Assembly: GCA_040219255.1 (NCBI GenBank)
Contig: JAVJSW010000020.1
Span: 1 to 30,341 of the forward strand
Direction of reading: 5' to 3'
Origin: Sumerlaeia bacterium
GTDB taxonomy: Bacteria > Sumerlaeota > Sumerlaeia > SLMS01 > JAHLLQ01
DNA length: 30,341 nucleotides
Part shown: positions 1-9,012 of the stretch, piece by piece
Layout of the letters: every line of letters begins with the position of its first letter
Numbering within the stretch: position 1 is the first letter of the stretch
The notes under the pieces: generated by a model
The model's input: only the letters and a program-made list of their open reading frames with translations
Told to the model about the DNA's origin: nothing
The model's database searches: none
Position numbers and translations under genes: made by a program

Positions 1-139
1 TTCGTCGGGACCGGCCTTTGCCTCGGGCTTCCTTCAGACCCCGCCTCGCGGCGACGCCCTTGCCTCCGGCTACTTGTTCCGGTCGTTACGGCCAAGAGAG
101 GACTCTCACCTCCAAGAAGTCGCGCCATGCGTGGCGCAC
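1..139 (-). mobile_element. Group II intron (class IIC), 5' end/domain I; continues beyond the left edge of the window
   Basis: Minus strand from 139 reads GTGCGCCACGCATGGCGCG...GGAGGTGAGAGTCCTC...GTAGCCGGAGGCAAGGGCGTCGCCGCGAGGCGGGGTCTGAAGGAAGCCCGAGGCAAA. This has the GUGYG 5' splice consensus and IIC domain-I hallmarks (GTGAGAGTCC, GCAAGGG, TCTGAAGGAAGC). It starts right after a terminator hairpin plus T5, the known IIC target type. Confidence 0.9.
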
Positions 140-174
140 AAAAAGAGGGCACCGGCGAACCACCGGTGCCCCCC
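140..174 (-). terminator. Rho-independent terminator downstream of leuD; insertion target of the intron
   Basis: Minus strand GGGGGCACCGGT-GGTTC-GCCGGTGCCCTC-TTTTT, immediately followed by intron GTGCG. Confidence 0.85.
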
Positions 175-210
175 TGGGAAGGTGCGGTTTTCCGGTTCGC
201 CCGGGGCGGG

Positions 211-774
211 TTAAGCGGGAATCATTCCCTGGGTCTTGGCGTATTCGAAGACGTTGCCGGCTTCCAGAATGGGCAGGATCTCGCCCAACGGGTTGAGCTG
301 GATTTCCTCGCCGCTGGTCAGGTTCTTGAACACGCAGGTTTCGACGTTGATTTCCACTTCGTCGCCAGTGCGGACCTTGGCGCTGAAGCCTTCGAACGCT
401 TCGAAGGGAATCAGGTAACCGCCGTTGACGCAGTTGCGGAAGAAGATCCGCGCGTAGAATTCGGCGATCACACAGGTGGCGCCGGCTTCGGCGATGGACA
501 GGGGGGCGTGCTCGCGCGAGGAGCCGCAGCCGAAGTTCTTGCCGCCGATGACGACTTTGAACTCGCTCTTCATCTCGCCGTCCTTGACGAACGGGATGTT
601 GCCCTGGGGCAGACCGGCTTGGGCCGGGGGCACGCCGCACAGGCTGTACTTGCCGAACATCTTGCGCTCTTCCGGATCGGAAGGGTTGTAGGTCAGGTGC
701 TCCGCCGGAATGATCTGGTCCGTGTCGATGTCATTCCCCAGAACGTAGGCCAGGCCTTTGATCACTTTTTCCAT
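211..774 (-). CDS. leuD: 3-isopropylmalate dehydratase small subunit
   Basis: 187 aa with DIDTDQIIPA, GKNFGCGSSREHAP and YARIFFRNCVNGG aconitase swivel motifs; downstream of leuC. Confidence 0.93.
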   Translation of the reverse strand: MEKVIKGLAYVLGNDIDTDQIIPAEHLTYNPSDPEERKMFGKYSLCGVPPAQAGLPQGNIPFVKDGEMKSEFKVVIGGKNFGCGSSREHAPLSIAEAGATCVIAEFYARIFFRNCVNGGYLIPFEAFEGFSAKVRTGDEVEINVETCVFKNLTSGEEIQLNPLGEILPILEAGNVFEYAKTQGMIPA

Positions 775-834
775 AATAGCTCGATCTCTTCCGCGAAAAG
801 TCGGGGGGGGGGTTGAAGGGTGGTTCGGGACCGT

Positions 835-2004
835 TTACTGGCCCGTGATGTTGAATTCCGGTTCGACGGTTCGAACCTTGGACTCGACCGCGCCGGCGAG
901 GTTCACAAGCGCCTCGGCGAACTCCGCCAGCGTTTGCTCCTGGCGGGTGATCTGGGCGTCGCGGGTGCGGCTGCCCAGGAACGTCAACTCGATGCTGGCG
1001 CTGTCGAAAACGGCCATGTCGCGCTTGACCCGTTCGAGCGTTTCCTGACCGACCTCGTTCATGGTGCCTTCATAGCCCGATTCCTTGAAGGAATTGGCCA
1101 GGGCCACGATGCCTTCCTGGGCGCCGAGGGCGGCGCGATGGGCCTGATTCAGCAGTTCCTTGGCTTCCCGCTGGGCTTCCGTCTCGCCCGTCAGGGTCGA
1201 ATTGAGGCGACCCGGGACGCGCTCCTCGGGCAGCAGGATTTCGATCGGTTGCTTGCGCCGCTGGGCCAACATATCCCCCGCGCCCGCCGCATCCTGATAC
1301 ATGGTCTGGAGCGCCAGATGCTCCTCCGAGCTTCCAGCGAACGCTTCCTCGCGGCGCTTGGCCAATTCGGCCAGCAACAGCGCGTTCTGCTTTTCGCCTT
1401 CCACGTTCACGATGCGCAGATTGTCCATCCGCGATTCCAGCTCGGTTTTCGGAAAGCGGTACAGAAAGCGCGCGGTCTTGTCGATACCCCAGCTTTCCAC
1501 CTTGAACATCTGACCCGCCGGATAGAGCCGCGAACGGAACGTGACGTAGGCCGGTTTCCAGAAGTTTCCCGAACGGTTCAGCACCACCAGCTCGACCTCG
1601 ATCAACTCGGCCTCGGGCAGCATGCGGCGCGTGACGTCAAAGGGATAGAGTTCCGGAGCCGGGGGGGTGCCCCGGGGCAGTTCGTAGACCGGACCGACAA
1701 AGGCCGCTTCCGTATCCACTTTGGTGTCGGTGGGTAAATCGCCGGCGCGCAGCTTGGGAGGCCGGCGGCGCGGAGGCGGAGTTCCCGCCTCCGCGGATTC
1801 GGCGCCGCCCTCGGCCGCGCCAGTCGAGGCCCCGCCCCGCCGGGACAGACCGCTCAGGGGAGACGTGGACGCCGTGGTCTCGAGCACGCCGCCGCCGCCA
1901 AAGAGGGCGCCGCGCACCTCGGCCGGTTTCAGGATCACATAGGTGAACCCGCCGGCGAGGCAGAGAAGATTGAAGAGAACCAAAGTCCAGAGAAAGTTTT
2001 TCAC
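835..2004 (-). CDS. Hypothetical protein with N-terminal membrane anchor, lying between leuC and leuD
   Basis: 389-aa ORF, GTG start. Hydrophobic N-terminal helix (FLWTLVLFNLLCLAGGFTYVIL), G/S/A/P-rich linker, beta-rich middle, helical C-terminus. Co-oriented with and filling the gap between the leu genes. Confidence 0.75.
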   Translation of the reverse strand: MKNFLWTLVLFNLLCLAGGFTYVILKPAEVRGALFGGGGVLETTASTSPLSGLSRRGGASTGAAEGGAESAEAGTPPPRRRPPKLRAGDLPTDTKVDTEAAFVGPVYELPRGTPPAPELYPFDVTRRMLPEAELIEVELVVLNRSGNFWKPAYVTFRSRLYPAGQMFKVESWGIDKTARFLYRFPKTELESRMDNLRIVNVEGEKQNALLLAELAKRREEAFAGSSEEHLALQTMYQDAAGAGDMLAQRRKQPIEILLPEERVPGRLNSTLTGETEAQREAKELLNQAHRAALGAQEGIVALANSFKESGYEGTMNEVGQETLERVKRDMAVFDSASIELTFLGSRTRDAQITRQEQTLAEFAEALVNLAGAVESKVRTVEPEFNITGQ

Positions 2005-2063
2005 GGTCCGCCTTTACGCCGCCAGGCTGTATCGGAGCGCCCGGCCGCCGTGTTGGATCCTGC

Positions 2064-3437
2064 TTAGACCGCGGCGACGCTCATCACGTCGCGCGGGTCG
2101 GTGATCACGCCCCGGATCGCGCTGGCCGCCACGGTCAGTGGCGAAGCCAGGTAAACCTGGGACTGCTTATGGCCCATGCGGCCGGGGAAGTTGCGGTTCG
2201 TCGCCGAAATGCAGACTTCCTCCGCCGTATTCAGGCGGCCAAAGGTATCGGCCGGTCCGCCCAGGCAAGCCGAGCAGGACGCGCCGCCAATCTGAGCCCC
2301 GCAATCCAGGAAGATCTGACGAAGCGTCTTGCCTTCGTGGGTGTGGGTGTCAAGGGCGGCATCCACTTCCGTCGTGGCGGGCACCACGAAGGTCGGGATT
2401 TTCACTTCCTCGCCGTGGAGAATTCGGGCCGCGGCCACGAAGTCGCCGATTTTGCCGCCGGTGCAGCTTCCGATGTACGCGCGGGTCAGGGCCGTGCCCT
2501 TCACCTCGCGCACCGTGGCTTTGTTGTCGGGGCTGTGGGGCTTGGCCACCATCGGCTCCATCGTCGCCAGGTTATAGGTCTTCTCGAAGATGTACTTCGC
2601 GTCGGCGTCGCGGGTCACCGCTTCCCAGGTGTTGCGGGTGCCGGCCTTGCGGATGCGCTCGCTGATGTAGGCTTCCGTCACGGCGTCGGATTCGATGACG
2701 CCGTTCTTGCCGCCGGCCTCGATGACCATGTTGGTCAGGGTCATGCGCTCTTCGATGTTCAGGGACAGAACGCCCTCGCCGGCGAATTCCATGGCGCGGT
2801 AGGTGGCGCCGTCGCAGCCGATGTCGCCGATGATCGCCAGGATCATGTCCTTGGCCATCATCCACTCGGGCAGCTCGCCGTTGAAATTGAAGCGCATCGT
2901 CGGGGGGATCTTGACCCAGGTCTTGCCGGTGCCCAGGGCGAAGGCCGCGTCCGTGTTGCCGACGCCGGTGGCGAACATGCCGAAGGCGCCCGCCGTGCAG
3001 GTATGGCTGTCCGTGCCGAGCATCGTTTCGCCGGGACGCACATGGCCTTCCTCGGGCAGGGCAATGTGACACACGCCCTTATAGGACGTCTTGTTCGGGT
3101 CCGCGTAGGGGCTGGGCATGCCCTCTTCCTTCACGAATTCCGGGTCGTAGTAATACTTCAGGCCCTGCTCTTTGACGAAATCGCGCAGGATGCCGATGTT
3201 GCGATGGGCCTGGGGATTGGCCGTGAAGATGTAGTGATCGGGAATAATGACGACGCGGTCCTTGTCCCAAACCTTGGCGTCTTGGCCGAACTCGCGCTTG
3301 AAAATACCGATGGTGCCCGGGCCGCACACATCGTGCGTCATGAGCGTATCCACCGTGATCCAGACGTTTTCGCCCGGCGCGACGCGGTCGCGGCCCGCAT
3401 GACGAGCCAGGATCTTTTCCGTGAGGGTCATACCCAT
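2064..3437 (-). CDS. leuC: 3-isopropylmalate dehydratase large subunit (LeuC/homoaconitase family)
   Basis: Start moved to MGMTLTEKIL (AAGGGGA RBS upstream). Motifs: HDVCGP, IIPDH, GVCH, GTDSHTCTAGAFG, IGSCTGG, SCSACLG (Fe-S cysteines), TNRNFPGRMG, YLASP. Confidence 0.93.
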   Translation of the reverse strand: MGMTLTEKILARHAGRDRVAPGENVWITVDTLMTHDVCGPGTIGIFKREFGQDAKVWDKDRVVIIPDHYIFTANPQAHRNIGILRDFVKEQGLKYYYDPEFVKEEGMPSPYADPNKTSYKGVCHIALPEEGHVRPGETMLGTDSHTCTAGAFGMFATGVGNTDAAFALGTGKTWVKIPPTMRFNFNGELPEWMMAKDMILAIIGDIGCDGATYRAMEFAGEGVLSLNIEERMTLTNMVIEAGGKNGVIESDAVTEAYISERIRKAGTRNTWEAVTRDADAKYIFEKTYNLATMEPMVAKPHSPDNKATVREVKGTALTRAYIGSCTGGKIGDFVAAARILHGEEVKIPTFVVPATTEVDAALDTHTHEGKTLRQIFLDCGAQIGGASCSACLGGPADTFGRLNTAEEVCISATNRNFPGRMGHKQSQVYLASPLTVAASAIRGVITDPRDVMSVAAV

Positions 3438-3581
3438 CTTGCGTCGTCCCCTTAGAGAAGAATAATCGAAGCCCGGCGCGCGGCAAAAGAGACCCACGCG
3501 GTCCGGGGCCACGAAGTGTGCAATAAGAGGGCCAGCCCGCGCAAGGGGGGAGTGGCAGAATCGGCCGATTCCAGACTCGAT

Positions 3582-4667
3582 CTATTCAACCAAACGTTCC
3601 CGCCTGCGAGCGCGAAACCTCACACTCTCCCATGCCGCCACCGCTGCCGCCACCGCCACAGCCCCCCAGGAGCCCCAGGCCAAGGCGGCCGGCGAGATGA
3701 TTTCCGGCTTCGTGATATCGACAATCAAGACTGCTAGATAGACGACATAGGCGCATAAAAACAAGGCGGCTTCGGTCCGCGAAATCTCCCACCCCGACAG
3801 GAAAATCGGGAAACACACCACCGCCACCGCCAGCATCACCGGCAGGTGAAAGCCGATCACCTCGGCATCGACCGGGACGCCGCCGCCCGCAATCAGCGAC
3901 GACAGACCCAGCACGCCGAGCAGGTTGAAGACGTTGCTGCCGACGACGTTGCCGACGGCGATGTCGCGCTCGCCGCGGAAGGCGGCGACGATCGAGGTGG
4001 CCAATTCGGGCAGCGAGGTCCCCGCCGCGACGAGGGTCACGCCGATGACCATTTCACTGACCCCGAGAGCCCCGGCGAAGACCACCGCCGATTCGACCAT
4101 CCAGCCCGATCCGAGAACCAAAGCGCCGATACCGATGACGCACAAGCCAATCTGGACCAGCCAATGGTTCATGAAGCGGGGGCCGGCGCCAGTCGACTCC
4201 TCGCCGGCCAGGGGCTTGGGTTCGCGTTTGCTCTGCCAGATCAGAAAACCGGTATAGAGGAGGAGCAGCAGCAGCAGGGCGCCGCCCTCCCACTGGGCAA
4301 CCACGCTGCCGCTCCACGCGAAGAACGCGGCCAGGACCGACACCCCGATCATGACAGGCACGTCGAGCCGGATCAGTTGGCGCTGCACCGCCAGCGGCGT
4401 AATGATCCCCGCGATGCCCAGGATCGCCACGATGTTGAAGATGTTGCTGCCGACGATGTTTCCGAGAGTCAGGTCCGGTTGGTTGAGAAGACTGGCTTTG
4501 GCGCTGACAGCCATCTCGGGGGCGCTGGTGCCCCAGGCGACGATGGTGAGGCCGATAAGCAGGCTGGACATACCCAGCCGGCGGGCGAGGCCGCTGGCGC
4601 CGCGAACGAGCCATTCGGCTCCCAGGACGAGAATGACTAAACCGGCGATGAACTGAAGTATGACCAT
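3582..4667 (-). CDS. yrbG: Calcium/sodium antiporter (CaCA family, YrbG-like)
   Basis: 361 aa, multiple TM helices, two alpha repeats: GTSAPE...GNIVGSNIFN and GTSLPE...GNVVGSNVFN. Confidence 0.9.
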   Translation of the reverse strand: MVILQFIAGLVILVLGAEWLVRGASGLARRLGMSSLLIGLTIVAWGTSAPEMAVSAKASLLNQPDLTLGNIVGSNIFNIVAILGIAGIITPLAVQRQLIRLDVPVMIGVSVLAAFFAWSGSVVAQWEGGALLLLLLLYTGFLIWQSKREPKPLAGEESTGAGPRFMNHWLVQIGLCVIGIGALVLGSGWMVESAVVFAGALGVSEMVIGVTLVAAGTSLPELATSIVAAFRGERDIAVGNVVGSNVFNLLGVLGLSSLIAGGGVPVDAEVIGFHLPVMLAVAVVCFPIFLSGWEISRTEAALFLCAYVVYLAVLIVDITKPEIISPAALAWGSWGAVAVAAAVAAWESVRFRARRRERLVE

Positions 4668-4803
4668 GCGTGTCCCTTTTGCAACCTCGGCCTCAGACGG
4701 GTGGATTGCGGTGACGCAAATCCCGTGCGGGCGTCAGGGTTGGGGGCGGTATGTGCAGGAGCCGGGCCAGATTCGGAGGGTTGAGGTGGTGGGTGTTCGA
4801 AAA

Positions 4804-5048
4804 TCACCACAGAGTCACAGAGAGCACGGAGATTGTTGTTTTTACTTGGGTTGCGTGTTCGATCGGGAAGTGGGGCTAGTCTCTTGATAAAAGGGGGGGC
4901 AAGAGAGCGAGAATCACGAGTGATGGACGATTGGTGCAACCGCATAGAGCATTCATTTTATTGTGATTCCATGAGTATGGCTGGATTTCCCCACCCGGTT
5001 TCCCATGTACCTCTGTGAAACCTCCATCCTCTGCGATCTCTGTGGTTA
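4804..5048. repeat. Imperfect inverted-repeat element built from CACAGAG/CTCTGTG units (MITE/REP-like)
   Basis: Left arm TCACCACAGAGTCACAGAGAGCACGGAG (4804-4831). Right arm CTCTGTG...CTCTGCG..CTCTGTGGTTA (5011-5048). They enclose a lower-GC spacer. A related arm is at 23520-23549. Confidence 0.55.
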
Positions 5049-5114
5049 GCCCTTTCCCATTGAGCCCGGCGCCGCCTGCGGCTTGCTTCGGCGTGCGGAA
5101 TTCCGCCGGGCCTT

Positions 5115-7112
5115 ATGATCGACGCGCTTCCTTTTCTTTGCCTCGCCACGTTTTTCTTCACCGGTTGGACGTCGGCGGAGAATTGGCTGCGGCGTGATGC
5201 GTCGCTGTCGCGGGCCGAGCGTTGGGCCGCGGCGGCCACGTTCGTGCTCTTCGTCTGGGCGCTGCTGCTGATCGGGCTGGGGTTCCTGGGCCAGTTCGCG
5301 TACCTGCCGATCATTGGCGCCATTGCGGTTCTCAGCACCGCCGCGGCCGCCATCGGCGTCCGCCACCCGCACCCTCGCCCGATTGGCGAGCCTTCTCTCG
5401 GCCAAGTCCTGAGGAGCATCCATCCGTTCGCCTGGGGGATTTTCGCTCTGGCGGCGCTGGCGATGGCCAAGCAGCTTTGGCTTGGCTGGGTGCTGCCGAT
5501 TCAGTTCTTCGACGACTTGCATTACCATGTGCCGATCGCTGTGAACACGGTGCACGACGCCGGGTTCCGCGAACTGCCGGGCGCCAGCTTCTACGTGAAC
5601 AACTTCCCGCGGCTGGGCGAACTGTGGCAAGCGTTGGCGCTGCTGGCCTTTGGGGGTCTGCGGGCGGTGGATCTGGTGCAATGGCCTTTCGCGTGGCTGA
5701 CGGCGCTGGCGGTGTACGGGCTGGCGCGGCGTCTGGGGGCGGGGCCGAGCGCGGCGCTGGCGGGGGCGGCGCTGCCGATGCTGACGCCGCTGGTGCTTTA
5801 CCAATCGATGTCGGCGTACGTGGACTTGCAGGTGCACGGGTGGATCGTGCTGGCGGCAGCGGCGGTGATCGGAGGCCGCGCCGAGCCGGACCAGACCATT
5901 TCGCCCGGCCGCATCCTCTGGTTCTTCGCGGCCTGCGGCCTGGGCGTTTCGACCAAGTACAACGCCATCTATGCCGCGGTGGTGCTGGGGTTTGTGGCGC
6001 TGTGGTATTGGGGTGGGCGGAGCATGTTCAGCGGGGGACGGTGGCGCGTCACCTTGCTGGCGGCGCTGCTGTCGCTGGTCGTGGGCACGCCGTGGATGGT
6101 GCGCAACTGGGTCAACCACGGGTCGCCGACGTACCCGTTTTATGTCGAGCTGTTCGGCACGATGGTTTTCGAGGCGCCCTATGACCCGAGCGACATCGGC
6201 GAGGCCAAGCCCTGGGGCGAGATGCCCTTCGCCGATAAGTGGCTCGGGGCCTGGATCGGGCTGGATTGGGACACCTGGACGCGGTTTGGCCTGGTGGGGA
6301 TCGAGGCTACGGAGAACGACCGCGAGGAGCTGTTCGATCCCGCCCGCGCTATGACGCCCGACCGGCGCGACACAGGCTTTGGGCTGGTGTGGATCGTGGT
6401 GATCCTGCCGGGGTTGCTGGCCGGCTACATGGCCAGCCGCCTGCTGGCCGGGATGCCGCCCGGGCGCCGGCGGGCGTGGGTGGCGTTGCTGCTGGCGGTG
6501 GTGTTGATTTTCTGGCTCAGCCCCTCGTCCTGGAAACCGCGCTTCGCGCTTTTCACGATCTGGCTGGGGGCGGCGGGGGCGGCGGCGTTCTGGCCGATGG
6601 TGGCGCGGCGGCGGTCGCTGGCCCGGATTCTGGCGGGGGCGGTGCTGCTGGCGTGCCTGTTCGACGCGTACCTGGGGATTTGGCTCAATCGCGAGGCGGC
6701 GAAGAAACACCTCTGGCTCGACAGCGGCCGCCGCCTTCCCGTCGCCAGCGCCGAGTGGTTTTCCTGGGCCTCGCCGGACAACGCCTTCTACGAGGCCTAC
6801 GCCGAGATGGTGCGCCTCGCCGGGCCGGGCGAGCACGTGGCTGTCTATTCCCCAGGCACGGTCACCCTGACGGGATACCTGTACGACGCCGCGGGCAGCT
6901 ATCGCGTGTGGCCCATCGGCACCGAAATCGAGGGGCCGGAGCTGGCGCGCGAGGAGTTCCTGGCGCAGATCGAGGAGTCCGGCGCCCAATGGGTTTTCCT
7001 GACCAAGACTTTCGAGTCGCAAATCGGCCAGCGCTGGATCCGGCGCGAACGGCGGGCGAAACGCGTTTTCGAGAACGAGGCGGCGGAGATTTGGTCGTTC
7101 CGGACCGAATGA
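5115..7112 (+). CDS. Polytopic membrane protein, probable GT-C (ArnT/PMT-like) glycosyltransferase
   Basis: 665 aa with >10 hydrophobic segments. DDLHYH loop, GLGVSTKYN and PWMVRNW...GSPTYP motifs are typical of GT-C-like proteins; soluble C-terminal domain. Confidence 0.65.
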   Translation: MIDALPFLCLATFFFTGWTSAENWLRRDASLSRAERWAAAATFVLFVWALLLIGLGFLGQFAYLPIIGAIAVLSTAAAAIGVRHPHPRPIGEPSLGQVLRSIHPFAWGIFALAALAMAKQLWLGWVLPIQFFDDLHYHVPIAVNTVHDAGFRELPGASFYVNNFPRLGELWQALALLAFGGLRAVDLVQWPFAWLTALAVYGLARRLGAGPSAALAGAALPMLTPLVLYQSMSAYVDLQVHGWIVLAAAAVIGGRAEPDQTISPGRILWFFAACGLGVSTKYNAIYAAVVLGFVALWYWGGRSMFSGGRWRVTLLAALLSLVVGTPWMVRNWVNHGSPTYPFYVELFGTMVFEAPYDPSDIGEAKPWGEMPFADKWLGAWIGLDWDTWTRFGLVGIEATENDREELFDPARAMTPDRRDTGFGLVWIVVILPGLLAGYMASRLLAGMPPGRRRAWVALLLAVVLIFWLSPSSWKPRFALFTIWLGAAGAAAFWPMVARRRSLARILAGAVLLACLFDAYLGIWLNREAAKKHLWLDSGRRLPVASAEWFSWASPDNAFYEAYAEMVRLAGPGEHVAVYSPGTVTLTGYLYDAAGSYRVWPIGTEIEGPELAREEFLAQIEESGAQWVFLTKTFESQIGQRWIRRERRAKRVFENEAAEIWSFRTE

Positions 7113-7165
7113 ATCACGGGCCCGAAACGGGGCCATCGACCTGCGAAGTATGAGATTGAGGTTTG

Positions 7166-7645
7166 GGTGGAGAAGACTTGCGGGGGCGCCCCCGAGTTTT
7201 CCACAGGCCATGGGGAAAAGTTTCTGCTGAGCCCCTGTTTTTCCCCACTTGACAGGTTCTTATCCTCAAAGGATTCAATCGTCTGTCAAGTTTTCCACAA
7301 CCCCTGTGGGAAACTCTCGTCTGGGGAGAAGTCCTGTGGGGAAAAATTCCCCTGCGAGGCCCGTGCGCTCGTTCCAGGTCGCACGTAAGTCAAGTTTCGG
7401 GAACCGTGCGTAAGTTCTTCACAAACCCGCTGGGAATTCTCCACAGGCGCCTGTGTAAAAGGGGATAAGTTAAGCGTTCCGTGGGCTTTAAACAGGTTTT
7501 CCACAGGCTGTCCCCAGCGGATTCACCCCGCTTCCCCTTAACCCATCCCTCACAAACCCCGCCCCAGCCAGGACCTCCGCCGTTCCTCCCCAATTTCACA
7601 GGCCCTAATACGGATACTATAGCTGTTAAGATCCTGTTTAAAACC
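7166..7645. other. Probable chromosomal replication origin (oriC)
   Basis: Non-coding gap between convergent genes. Perfect TTWTNCACA boxes at 7197-7205, 7291-7299, 7497-7505 (+) and 7452-7460 (-). One-mismatch boxes at 7211-7219, 7239-7247, 7260-7268, 7305-7313, 7337-7345, 7415-7423, 7437-7445. Ends with TCCTCCCCA/AATTTCACA-GGCC-CTA ATA CGG ATA CTA and an AT-rich tract (7584-7643). Confidence 0.82.
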
Positions 7646-7723
7646 CTCGTAGGATTCGGCTTAGTCAAAGCGTCTCCTCGAACGCCCCAACCTCGTCGCC
7701 GAAAGGACTCAAACCAGCAACGG

Positions 7724-7753
7724 AAAGGCCCCCGGCGCGAACGCTAGGGGCCT
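7724..7753 (-). terminator. Hairpin, likely serB terminator
   Basis: Minus strand AGGCCCCTAGCG-TTCG-CGCCGGGGGCCT-TT, 46 nt past the serB stop; UUCG loop, short U tract. Confidence 0.55.
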
Positions 7754-7799
7754 GTGGTCTTCTTCGATATTGGCGCTCGATGGCGGCGGGGGGGGACCC

Positions 7800-8750
7800 T
7801 TACCGAAGTATCCGGATAGCTTTCGGGGCTTCGGGTTCGCCGGCGGAGACGAACTGATCGGCGGAGTAGCCTTGCAGGTAGAGCAGCGCCGTCAGGTCGG
7901 AGTGGTTGATCTGAAGATCGAGGCGGTGGCGCAGAAGGGATTTGGCGCGATAGGCCACGCCATAGCCCGCCGCGGTCAGCATGGACAGATCGTTGGCGCC
8001 GTCGCCGACGGCCATGGCGTCGTCCGGGTCGATCCCCAACTCGGCGGCGTGGCGGGCGAGGGCCTCGCCTTTCGAGTCGCGGTTGAGGATGGGATCGCGC
8101 ACGCCGGCGACGCGGCCGTCGGGGGTTTCTTCGAAGATGTTGGATTGGATGACATCGAAGCCGGCGAGGGTCTGGACGTGCTGGGCGAATTGGCGGAAAC
8201 CGCTGGTGACCAGGACGGTGCGGGCTCCATGGGCGCGCATGGTGTGTACCAGGGTGGCGGCGCCGGGGTTGCAGGCGATATCGGGCAACATATCGGCGAC
8301 ATGACTGAGCGGCAGGCCCTCGATCAGTGCCACGCGGGCGCGCAGGCTTTCGTTGTAATCCAGCTCTCCGGCCATGGCGCGGGTGGTGATATCGGCCACC
8401 TCGGCCTCCACACCGGCGAAAGCGGCGAGATCGTCGAGGCTTTCATGGGGGATGATGGTCGAGTCCATGTCGGCCAGCAGGAGGCGTTTGCGGCGGTTCT
8501 CGGCGGGAACGACGAAGACATCGACGGGGTTCTGGCCGAGGTGGGCGCGCATCTGTCGCATCAGGATGGCGGGGTCGCAATTGCCGGTAAGGGAAATCTC
8601 GACGGCTTGGCCGGCCTTGAGCCAGCGGGTCGCGCCGGCTTTCAGACCATGGCGGGTGGCGGCCAGGGAGGTACCCCGGACGATGGGCAGCGTCAAAGCC
8701 GGTTGGGCTTGGGCTGTGGTCAGGACGAGGAAAAACTGTTCGGTCTTCAT
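7800..8750 (-). CDS. serB: Phosphoserine phosphatase (HAD family)
   Basis: RRKRLLLADMDSTII (HAD motif I), ITTRAMAGELDYNESLRARVALIEG, LVTSGF, AVGDGANDLSML, DLTALLYLQGY. Start set at MKTEQ. Confidence 0.93.
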   Translation of the reverse strand: MKTEQFFLVLTTAQAQPALTLPIVRGTSLAATRHGLKAGATRWLKAGQAVEISLTGNCDPAILMRQMRAHLGQNPVDVFVVPAENRRKRLLLADMDSTIIPHESLDDLAAFAGVEAEVADITTRAMAGELDYNESLRARVALIEGLPLSHVADMLPDIACNPGAATLVHTMRAHGARTVLVTSGFRQFAQHVQTLAGFDVIQSNIFEETPDGRVAGVRDPILNRDSKGEALARHAAELGIDPDDAMAVGDGANDLSMLTAAGYGVAYRAKSLLRHRLDLQINHSDLTALLYLQGYSADQFVSAGEPEAPKAIRILR

Positions 8751-8813
8751 GGCGCGGACGGTGGGGACGGGGGAGGGGCCAGGGCAAGTGGGATCTGGCG
8801 GGTCCGCGAAAAT

Positions 8814-8842
8814 TTTATAGGATTCTTGCAAATCGTTGCCAA
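8814..8842 (-). promoter_or_regulatory. Candidate sigma70 promoter for serB
   Basis: Minus strand TTGGCA-17 nt-TATAAA in an AT-rich patch ~65 nt upstream of the ATG. Confidence 0.4.
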
Positions 8843-9012
8843 CAAGGAAGAAATGCCCCGTCCGGCCGGGTTCGAACCTTCAGGTCCTGCCCGCGTCCCA
8901 CTCTGGTCTTGAATTTCAGCAAGTGGGATGCGGTGGGCAGGCAGGCCACCTTGACAACTACGCCAGATCAGCGTCTTGTTGGTTATCCTCGACCTAACTT
9001 GGAGCTTTAACC

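Noticed and set aside
3440-3580. Possible leucine attenuator upstream of leuC
   Set aside because: No Leu-rich leader peptide, T-box or terminator/antiterminator pair is visible.
5046-7211. 721-aa minus ORF, and similar long antisense ORFs (2169-3455, 7770-8912, 18399-19889, 23303-24574, 26975-28714)
   Set aside because: Shadows of recognisable genes on the opposite strand.
7167-7747. Several 72-92 aa ORFs in the intergenic gap
   Set aside because: They overlap each other and lack RBS or motifs; the sequence is explained by DnaA boxes.
8827-8842. Sigma54-like TTGGCAACGATTTGCA upstream of serB
   Set aside because: GG-to-GC spacing is 9 nt rather than the required 10.
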